From Perna viridis (Eukaryota), in the NCBI GenBank assembly GCA_037379345.1, contig CM074518.1, forward strand, positions 18,910,001 to 18,974,000: a DNA stretch of 64,000 nt. Reading direction: 5' to 3'. Position 1 is the stretch's first letter; every line of letters begins with the position of its first letter. Below, piece after piece: positions 27,001 to 39,000 of the stretch. The notes under the pieces are model-generated. The model saw only the letters and a list, made by a program, of their open reading frames with translations, was not told the DNA's origin and did not search any database. Both the position numbers and the translations under genes were made by a program.

Positions 27001-30000
27001 GTCGCTTGATTGTCTTTTGATTCTTGCAGAGCGTTTTCGTCTGGTAACAAGTGCCTCTAAGAAGCTTTGTCTAAGACCTATGGCAAAATTAAAACATTGC
27101 AATAATATGATACTAAACAGTGCAAGTTTTGTTTCAAAATTGTTAGTAATGTATCACCAATTCTTCAATTCACGAAGACCATTGGAAAACAGTATACAAG
27201 GTATTCACAATGTTTAACACTGCTAAATATGCATCAGCTAAGACAGTCATTAATATTCATAGTAAGAATAAGTAATAGGTTTGATTTATAAAGGATATGG
27301 AATCTGTGACTGATCTCCTATTGTTGTGGGACCTTGCTGAATGTGTGTTTACACTAGCTTGTTGTTAGGGCGACCTCTGAAGGTATTTGCTGTTTTTTTT
27401 AAATAAAATTATACGTTTGCTGTTTTTCAACGTATCCGTTCTTTTTTCTATCATGTATCTGAATAAGTACATTTAAATGAAATTTACGGAAAACATACCT
27501 TCTGCAACTTGTTGTTTGAACAAAGGATCTGTGATATTTATGTTCGTTGCTACATTTAAAGTTAATACCAATCTATTATCTGTATGAACTATACTGCTGG
27601 TTGACGTTGATTTGCTAGTAAATCTATCGTGTCGATTAGCTGTTGGATGTAGAACTGTTGAGGAAACGAGAATCTGCTGTGTTTGTGATCTTGATACGTT
27701 AGCGGAGTCAATGGACGATGTCTTTATTAAATTCATCGTCGATTCAAGACTTGAGAGTTGTTTTGACGATGCTTGCACCAGTATAGAAGATGTATGCAAC
27801 ATTTCTGCTGTATTATTCTTAATGGAATGTAAAGTTGTTGTTGATAGATTTTCGACCGATGTCATGCTAAAGACTCCTGGTATAACTGTGCTAGACATAT
27901 TGGACCGTCGCATAGTTTTCACTGCAGAGGATTTAAATACTGGCATGCTTCTTGTCGTTATTGACGAGACAGTATGCAATACATTGGTCTTTAATAAAAC
28001 ATCGGATAATGATAAACTCATTACAGGAGAGATTGTGAAAAAAGAAAACCCTAGCATTGATTTATCTGCCATCTGTGATGATTTCAATATTGGCATGCTG
28101 GTCAAAAATGGGGTTTGAAACAGTGATGACGTTAGGATTGGCGTAACAAAGAAATGCATTGTAGATGTTGATAATCTTTTTAACCTTTGCGTTCTAGTTG
28201 TAAAATAAGACGGCAAATCTTTCGCTGTGGTTACTGACGTTTTCGACATTCCAAATGAAGACCTGCTTGAAACTAGTACAGAGTTAGACATTGAAGCCGA
28301 TTCCAATACTTGCGTGGTTGTCATGTTTTCTATTATTGAAGACTCGAATGTTGGTGTACTTGGTGATATTGACGACCTGGGTATAGAACTATTGAAAACA
28401 GATGAAACCGGAATATCTGTCATGGTAGTTGATTCAGACACTGGGATATTTGTCAATTTTAAGGCATCAGATGACCATAAAAGAGACGATTCAAACAGTA
28501 ATGATTTCTCAAATCCTTGCATACTGGACAACAATAGTGATATTGTTTTAAGTTTAGACATTTCTTTGGTTGTGATTTGTGGTAATTCTATTGAAATATT
28601 AGACTCAATGAATGGTTCAGTATTCGACATGCTAATCTCTGGTGAAAATAGAGACACCGACATACTGGTAACGATTACTTCAGTGTTTGGCTTTTTTGAA
28701 ATTGATAACTTTTCGGAGGTCTGCAAAATCGTCGAACCCAAGGACTGAAACATAGACATACTTCCAGTATGTAATGTTTCGGGCATTGATACAATTTTGT
28801 CTGCTGAGGATTTGAATTTTGTTTCGGTTGTGGACGGTGAGGTATGGAATGTAAGTATACTGCTTTTTGGGTGGAAATTTGGATTGATACTGAGTGATGA
28901 AACATTGTTGAGCAACGGAATACTGGAAAGTATGAAAGATTCGGAAATTGGTACAGCCAATGCCGACGATATTATTGATATCGGCATACTTGACAAGACG
29001 GGAGTTGAGAGTGATGGCCAGATATTTGATGATACCAAATATCCCGACTTTCTCACTGAGAGTGACTCATAATTAGCTATTGACGTTATGAGTGGTCCCG
29101 TTCCTGACGTTAATCCTCTTATTGACTGTGACTGTCTCGTATGGAGCCATTCTGTCTCAATAAACTCACTCAATGAGGTTTTAAAAGTGGATTGGACGAT
29201 TGAGGGGTTGATATATCCTACCAAAGTTGTTAGTGAAAGTGTTGACACTGGAATTGACTTCTTTATATTTGTAGATGATCCGAACTCGAGCATAGTCGTT
29301 GATTTCACTGATCCCGGCATGATTATTGATAATGATGTAAACAGTGTAGTGACATTTGATTGCAAGACTGCTGATGCCGCAAGCATTGATGGAAAAGTAA
29401 CCAAATCAGTCGGAAAAGTACTGTTTAATGAAAGCAATTCTGACTGAATCTTTGATGTTATTTTTGTTTCTGTTAGCATTGCAGTGCCTGTAAATGTTCT
29501 TGTTACAGACTGAACTGTTTGTGTCCGTATATATTCGGAGCTAAATATTGGATTTGGGTCGAGTAATTCAGAATAAATCGTTTGTGATGATTCTAACTCG
29601 AATTGTGACTCCTTAATTAAATCTGTCAAATGTTTTGTTCTGAATGTTTGTAGAATCGAGTGAAACTTTGGAGTTGAATTGAACGATCCTGATATGATAG
29701 ATGAATATAGTGAAGACTTAGTCATCAATGTTGAAAGTACTGATTTTGACCAAAGAAATGTTGAATTGAAATTCTCTGATTGATTTCTTATCACTGATGA
29801 AGATAATTCAAGCATTGGTGATGTAAACAGCAAACGTGACTCAAAACTGTGTGGTTTAATTTGTGATTGTGAATCTAACTTTCCTGCAGATTTACTGGAT
29901 CCAGACTCTAAAAAGAGTGTTGTAGTGCCCGACTCTTGGCTTGGTACCGATGAAAATGATTCCGAATCTAGCATAAGTGTCGAATGAAATATTTCAATTG

Positions 30001-33000
30001 GAGAGAGTGATTCCAAATTAAGCGTTGGTGATGGGGTTACAGAATCAGAAATAGATAATGCTGAATTAAGCGCTGTCGATGCAGGCGTTGATGCTAGAGT
30101 TAATAAATGTGACCCTTCATTAATTGTTGATTCTAAACTAGGCGCAAGTGATCCTGACCAGATCGACAATACTGAAATGAGTGATCTTAACTTGGAGTGT
30201 GATATTGAGGTTGGTGATCCAAGTATCAGTGCTGATGTAAGATTATGTCTTTGTGTTGATGGAGGAAAGTCTGACTCCAATCTTGGTGTTAAAACTAGTG
30301 CTTTTGACACAAACATTGGCATTGAAGTAAATAATTTTGACTCCAACATTAGTGTTGATCCTGATTTCAGTTTTTGTGGCAATGTGAATTGTCCTGAGTC
30401 AGCCGTTGACTCAAGTATTGGTAATAATGTGACTGAACCAGAACCTTGAATTGCTTTTGAGGTCAGCGATATTGACTCAAGCGTTGATGTTATATTAGTT
30501 TGATCGGATCTAGTTATAGATGTGGACTCAAATGATGCTGAATTAAGATTTAATGCTGTTTTGAGTGTGTCTGGCCAAAGAACAGACATTGAATTTGGTG
30601 AAACTGTTTGAATAATTGATTTTGATAAAAAATGTGATCTTGAATCGTACATTGTTGTCGAAATTCTTGGTGTTGACTCAAAAGACGTTGAAAGCCTTGA
30701 ACTTCGCATCACGTATGATGTATATAACATTAATTCCATAATGCCAATCGATCCATATCCTGACTGACTGTTTTGGGTTGTCAAAAAACTACTAACATCT
30801 AATGATCTAATCCCTGCTGCAGTTACTGCCTTAACAACCTGAAGCAAACAAACAACTATTTATGTTTTGAATCCTAAAATACCCACATTTTCTGCTCTGT
30901 TAATAAAATTGATTTAAGTTTCAGAATAGTTTTAGTATAATTTAAAAATAAACACATTCAATGAGATGTCCTTTGCTATCAAATTTAAACTAGGAACCAT
31001 TGACATTTAAAAAACAAATGCATCCACATTATTGGTACAAAAATGTACTGTTCACAGACTATATCAATTTATTCTTTTCTATGCCAGAGCTTGCCGAAAC
31101 TACGCAGACTTTTTGTATTGCACTAGAACTCTAACAAATAGACTTCTGGAACCGGGGTATGTTGCTACAAGATTGAAGTAATCACTACAGAAGTTCTATG
31201 GTCGTCATCATGAACTCACGGATCGTTATGGTGTATCCATCTGCACCATGAAAACTGATTTATTCAACGGGTCATAGGTTTCCATTCCTCGTTTGTCTAC
31301 CCCGGACTGGACTTTTTATGAGCAACTCGGCGGGTGTTTCTAGAAAAGCAGAGGACGCTTACCCTACCGGTGCACCTGGTCCATGCTCCCAGTTTTTAGT
31401 GGGGTCCGAGTTGCTCATTTGCTTTTGTTACTTTGTATGTATGATTTTAGTTACTGTATGTTCTTTGTTGTGTATGTCTGTTTTCCATATCGGGTCTTTG
31501 TCCCTGGATTACATTCTTTTGATTACCGCTATAACCCTTGGTTCCCTTGATTACCCTTTCTACAAACTTTCTACACTTCGTTGGTTGTGACGTTGCTTTT
31601 ATTCAATATACTCTACAACATTCAGTAATGTACCAAAAAAAACCAAAAAAAAAAAAAAAAAAAAAACACAAACGAACAACATAAAACCTGACATGAGAAA
31701 GCATAAAACACTTACAGTGAATCCAATATCAGTGGACAGCTGATTATTTGACAGCTTTTGGAAGGTGTTGACAGCATCATTAGCCTGGACAATGGTTCCA
31801 TTGTTATAAACCTCAAATTCAACATCAACATTTGTATCTCTAGTTCTTTTAATATCTGTGACCTGTAAATCGCAGAAAACTTTATGACACAGATCTAATG
31901 GAAATAGCTAAAAAAAGTTTGGAAATAGTTAACGATAAAACGCAATATTAAGATGATAATTTTACAAACTGTTTTAGCATTATAAATAAATTGTTCCAGC
32001 ATTTGTTTCTGTATGGAATGGATCAATGGATCAAAGCAATACTAGGTATTTCCAGTAAAATTCAGTTAGTTTATTGGGACCAGAATTTAACAGATACCGG
32101 TTGTTTGCTCAGTACAGCTACTTTGTGGGGGCACATTTCATAAATCTCGATTCATTTTTCCCGCTATATTTGTTTTAATACTATTTCTGTCGCGACTGTC
32201 TCCTTTGAAATTAACGCGTGAAGTTTTAATATCAAAACTAAAACCAAACTTGTATTCCTGAACTTGTGTATATTGTGAATAAGGATATAAAAACAAACCT
32301 TAACGTCTATATCGCTCCCTACTGCTCGTCGATTCCTCAGTGATCTCTTCCGACGAACAGTCTGTGCCTCAATGAAACTTTGCTGTAAGCCTAAAATTAG
32401 TTTTTCATATATTGAATGGTGCATTTAGAAAGACAATACATAATACTTCACAGTTAATCTTTAAAACTCTATAAATTGTGTTAAATATTAAGCATTTCCT
32501 ATGTTTGCTTTGGTTTTCCATTCATTCATCAAAATGACACTAAATCAAATGGTAAAATAAAAACAAGTAATATATTTTGACATTCGTTTTTAAAGTATAT
32601 ATCATACATTATAATAAAAAAACATATCTTTTTGTATATGTATTATACGTAATTGTTTAAACCTTATGTCGTTTACTCCATATTACATGCTTTTTATCGC
32701 ATCCTAGACCTATATCGCAACCCAACTCGGAACACGTTTGAAGCATAGTTGAAATATACAATGTAACGAACATGCACGTCAAAGTCTGTATCCCATGACA
32801 TATCAATCCTCGACCTACAGGCGGTGGCCCTTTGGGTAATATAGGAGGTTTGAGTTGATATTGCATGCGATACATATTTCGACATGTTATATTCAGTATA
32901 TACTGAGTATACTTGATATACCTTTACGTTCAAGACATCTTAACAGTCTTTATCTAATCAATGTCTGTTTTATGAGACGTCTTGAATATGTTTAAATTGT

Positions 33001-36000
33001 TCTGACCTCATTTTATTAGACGTCTGAAGTGATTTAAGAGTAATCAAGGGAACCAAGGTTATAGCGGTAATCACAAGAATGCAATCCAGGGACAAAGACC
33101 AGACATGGAAAACAGATATACACAACACAGAACATAAAGTAACTAAAATCATACATACAAAGTAACAAAAGCAAATGAGCAACTCCACTAAAAACTGGAA
33201 GCATGGACCAGTGTATTATTATCAGGTGTCTTACGTGGGAACATGTTACATCATTTTAAAGTCTCTTTAAAATGTATATCGTGACACATTATCAGAGTTG
33301 TAAATGATTTATATCTATAGCTACCTTTCTCTACTTGTTGTTTGAACGTTGCACTGGAGATATCAATAGCCATAGGTACGTTCAGTGATATAACTAGTCT
33401 GTTGTCAGTAGATACAGACGATATAAGTTTCGATGTCGTTAAAACTGTTGTCATCTGTGTTGTGAATGCATTTGTTGTATTGTTCCAAATTCTTGACTGA
33501 GTAACAAAATTACGAGTTGTCAACACTGCGCTGGATTCGTTTGGCCTTGATGCTGTTGATCTTTCCACCATTGATAATGATGTCACTGATTCTAACCCAA
33601 TAAACACTGATGATAATATTGACTCTGGCTTGGTCATTAGGGGTAATGATTCTAACTGTAGCCTGAGGGTAAATGAACGCAATCCCGTGACTGGCACCGA
33701 AATTAACGTTAATAAGTCAGATTCGAGCATTGGTAATGACTGCATTGATCCTAATTCGAGCATTCGTGTAGATTTCAGTGACTCAGTCTCTACCATTGTT
33801 TCGGTTGGTGATAATGGTACTTCTAGCATGAACGCCGACATTAGTGAATCTGATTCTAAGGATTGCATCTGAAGCGTATAAGATGAGCTCCGAGACTCAG
33901 ACTTTTCCAATGGTGTAGAAAGAGACGACAGTGTTCCTGAATCCAATATTATGGTTGATAATGACGACCCAGAATGATGCCTTGGTGTCATTGATACAAT
34001 CTCCTGCAATCGTGTTGATGATAGCGATCCAGTACTAAACATTGAAGTCGACATAATCGATTCTATCTCTTCCATATGTGTAGACGACATTGTTCTAGAC
34101 TGTAACAATTGTGTGGATTGCAGCATTCTTGACAGCTGCGATGAAAAATGGTACCCTGAACTACGCATTTCTGTTGTCAATGGCAATTCAGATTCTAGTG
34201 TTAATGTTGGAATATGCGATGACAAAGTAAATTCAGCAGTTGATCGCAGTGATGAAAGCTCTTGTACTGTCCCTAATATCACTGATTCTGATCCTTGAAT
34301 TGGTGTTGATGTCAGTGATGAAATTTGTTGTACTGGTGCTAATGTAAAAGAATCTGACCTTAGTTTTGATATTGATATTAATGAAGTGACATTTAACACA
34401 GTAGTTGATTGCATATCTGACAGTAATCCTCGTTCCAGAAATGGTATTGATGACAGTAATCCTGATTCAATCATTGATTTTGATGACAGTAGATGTAATT
34501 CTGATTCAATCATTGATTTAGATGGCAGTACATGTAATTCTGATTCAATCATTGACCTTGATGGCAGTACATGTAATTCTGATTCAATCATTGATTTTGA
34601 TAGCAGTACATGTACTTCTGATTCAATCGTTGGTGTTGATGGCAGTAATTCTGATTCAATCGTTGGTGTTGATGACAATAGTCCTGGCTCAAGCATTGGT
34701 GTGGATGAGAGTAAAATTGGTTCAAGCATTGGGCTTGATGATAATAACCCAGATTCAGGCATTGATGTAAAGTATATTGATTCTAATTCAGTGAGTCGTG
34801 TCGACAACAGGGATCTTGATTCAAACATTTGTGTTGACGACAGTCGATCTAAATGTAAAACAGATTTTGACGACATTGATATTAACACATGATTAGGTGT
34901 TGATGACCGCGATGGTATTGATAATAGTGACCCTGGCTTGATCATTGGGGTTGACGACTGGGATTTTGACTCTAGCAACGATGCTGATTGCAGTGAACCT
35001 GAGTCAATTATAAATGTTGATGACACTGGCACAGACACAAACATTTGTGATGGCGATTGTAACACTAAAGTTGACCTCAATGATCCTAACAGTTGTACTT
35101 TAGCTGGTGACAGTGATTCTTGCTCCAGCAATTGTGTAGAATCGTATAATGCTGATTCTAGCGAAAATGTAGACGACAGTGCCTCGGTTTGTAACAATGC
35201 TGTGGAAGGCAAAGAACTATATGTCGAAAACAGGGATTCTGAATGAATCACTATAGGTGACGTAAGCGATATTAACCCAAACATCGGTGTTGTCAACACT
35301 GCTTTCGACATAGGTATTGGTACTTTTGAAAGGGATTTTGAATCAATTGCTGGTGTTAATGACAATGATTCTGTTTTCAGCGACAGTGTTCTAGATTCTA
35401 ACATTGAATTTGACAACACTGACCCTGCCTTTTGTATAACAGTTGATAGTGAACCTGACCCAATCGATGGTGATTCAAACTCAAGCATTGGTGTTAGCGA
35501 TACTGATTGTGAATCGATAGTTGACGATACTGGTCCTAATACTTGTAGTGCTGAAGCTAGTGAATCTTGCTCAGACATTGGTGTTGATGAGAGTGTCACT
35601 GACACCAGCATGATTGTTGATGACATTGGTCCTGACTCAAAATTTTGAAATATAGAGAGCGATTCTGATTTAAGCAGAGATATTGAAGGTAGTGATCCTG
35701 ACTCAAACACTGACTCTGCTTCTAGTGTCGAAAACTGTGATTCTGTCTCAGACATAAGTGTTGAAAGCAATGGTTCGGACACCAGCATAAGTGTTGGTGA
35801 TAAGTGTTTGGAGTTGAGAATTGATGTGAAAGAAAATTGTTCAGACACAAGCATTGTCGTTGATGACCCATATTTCTTTGTTGATGGCAGTAATCCTGAT
35901 TTGAGCATTAGCTGTGTCGACAGTGAATCTAACTCTTGACTTGACCCATACATTGATATTGAATATAGCGGTCCTGGTTCAACAAGATTTGGTTTGGACG

Positions 36001-39000
36001 AAAACATTTTTAAATCAACAATTTGTGTTGATGGCAGTAAGCGTGACATATGCGGTGGTGTTGACAAAAGTGTTTCTAACACATCTAATGATGATGACGA
36101 CAGTGAACTTGGCTCCAGCAATGATAATGACGAGACTGATAATGGCTTCAGCAATGGTTTTTGGGTCAGTGAAGTAGGCTTCAGCAATGATGACAACGAC
36201 AGTGATGTTGGCTCCAGCAATTGGATAGAGGACATTGTACCTGACTCAAATTTGGGGGATATCGACAGTGATTCTGCTTTTGACATTAGAGTCGACGACA
36301 CTGATCTTAACACTTTTGTAATTGATGATAGTAATCCTCGCTCAGATATTGGTGCTGATGACAGAGTAGATGACATAAGCACGAGTGTTGGTGATATTCG
36401 ACCTGACTCAAGATTTTGAAAGCTTGACAGTGATCCTGATTCAAGTAAAGTTTTAAATGATAGTGATCCAGAATGAAGCAGTGACTTCTGCTTTTGAGTC
36501 GTAAACAGTAATCCTGACTCAGGCATTGGGGATGATGACAATGATCGTAACACCACCATCGATGTTGACATTTGCGTATCATAGTCAATAATTGATGTTG
36601 ACAAAAGTTTGTCTGACACAACCATTGACGTTGACGGCATTAATCCTGACTTTACCAGTCTTGTCAATGGAAGTAAGCCTGATTCAAGCCTTGTGGAGGA
36701 CGATATAGATCCCGAATTCAACACTGGCCCCGATAATGATATTGACAATTGCGAGCCTGGCTCAGGCTTTGGTTTAGACATAAAAAATTCTGACTCAAGC
36801 GTAGATGTTGACACCAATTCTTGCTTAAGAAATGTTGCTGACATAGTTGATCTCAACTCAGGTATTGACGTTGATGACAGTGGACCTGAATAAAGTACTG
36901 ATATCGACGAAAGGGAATCTGACTGAAGCATTTGTGTTGACAACAATGGTTTGGACCCAACTGTTGTTGCAAAAGACGGTAATGCTTTAATTGGCATTGA
37001 CAACAGCGATTTTAATAGTAAAACTGTTGATTTTAACAATGATCCTGATGCAGAATTTTCCATTGACAGAGATTCTGACGACATCATCGGTTCAGATGAC
37101 AATAATTCTAACACTAGCATTGGTGTTGATGACAGTGATGTAGACTGGTAAATTGACATTGACGAAAGTAATACTGATTCATGCAATGACTCAAACGTTA
37201 CTGTCGATGTTTCTGAATTTAATGGTACAGTTAAAGAAAATAAACCTGATACTGGTAAAGACGACAGTGTTTGACTTGATGAAAGTAGTTCTGAATCAAA
37301 CATTTGGGATGATGTCAACAATCCTGACATCAACCATCGTGTAATTTGAATGGACCCTGATTCTAACATTGCTTTTGTATATAATTCAGATTGAATCAAA
37401 GATATTGATGTCACTAAAGCTGGTTCAAGCGATAAGGATGATGTGAATGACAATGGTTGAAATCCACTTGTTGGAGAGTTTACCAGGGACCTAGGCACAA
37501 AAGTTTCGAGAAGTACTGTATCTTTCCATAACGTTCTATCGGTTAACACTGTCTCTAGTATATGCGTCCTTGAATTTCTTGATTTCAGTATTTGGTTTGA
37601 TGTAAACAGTTTAAACCTGAGTGCGATGCCTGTCAGAGACGTCGTTGAGGGACTGGTTGTATATGATGACATATTTCCGCTAGCTGTGACCCCTTTTTCA
37701 ACCTAGACACCAAAAATAAATACATTATAATTTATTACGCAATACTTAACGCAGTTACCGTTTGTAAGCCTTATTATAAACAATAATCTATTTGCTTCAT
37801 TTTCATTAATGTATCTCTAAGATATCATTTTCCTTTAGTGGAAACTAATGTAAACTAAAATTCTATTCACCTAATTATTTAACTTGAAAAAAGCTTATTT
37901 CTAAGGACCATAACTTTAACATCTTTTGACAAACTAACCAATACCACATATGATATATTATAAACCACTTACAGGGAATCCAATAGCGGTGGACAGTTTA
38001 TCCTTTGATAGTTTTTTAAAGGTCTTCAAAGCATCATTAGCCTGGACAATGGTTCCATTGTTATAAACCTCGAATTCGACGTCAACATTTGTTTCTCCGG
38101 TTCTTTTGATATCTGTGACCTATAAAACACATGTACAACGTTTTCAGTAATATACAACACGTACAATTCAAAATTTATGCTATCGTTTTTTTTGGAAATA
38201 ACTGAAAGCAAGACCATACCAATAAAAACGGTAGAACTTTGTAAAAACTTTGTACATTTAAATGAATTAATTGTTTAAGGTGCAGAAAAAATAATTTGGT
38301 TTTTAACGCTTTATACTACGTTGAAATTAAACCTTCGGAATGCAATCCATTTCTTTTTATTATTGTTGTTTTTTATTTAGTTTTGTTTTTCACAGGTTTT
38401 TTGTCTAGTATTACATCTGTTAAAACTGTTATGGAATACTGAACATTACATTGACCCTATTTTATCTTTTCTTATATAGCTATAGACTGCAACTTAAACA
38501 CTCTGTCGACGATTCAGATGACATAACACAATTCTGTCCCCATTGTTTTCAATTTGAATATGAGCACACCTTGACTTCTACATCACTCTCTACTGCTCGT
38601 CGTTCTCTCACAGATCTCCTCCGACGGACAGTATGTGCCTCAACAAAACTTTGCCTTAAGCCTGTTAATAAAATATTCCAAATAAGTCTTTCAACTTCTT
38701 TAACGTTTTTACGATGTACTTATTATTCCGCTGGTATATAAAAACACAAATGAAACTTAACAATATAAAATTCTGATAGTAATGTTATATTCCGGTTTGT
38801 GTTCAAGTATTTAGTTTTTGTAACACCTTTTTATTTGAACTTAACTTTTTTTTATCAAAATAAAATGTCCTACCTGTTTCCACTTGTTGTATGAACTGTG
38901 GACTGTTGATATCGACATCCCGTGGTACATTTAACATTATAGATAGTTTGTTATTTGTATGTGAGGGTTGCACTGCCTCTGATATTGTTGACTTAATAGC

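Noticed and set aside
31318-31418. SECIS element or hammerhead ribozyme in the PLE 3' UTR
   Set aside because: ATGA is fully Watson-Crick paired with TCAT (no tandem G.A quartet), and no CTGATGA...GAAA core is visible.
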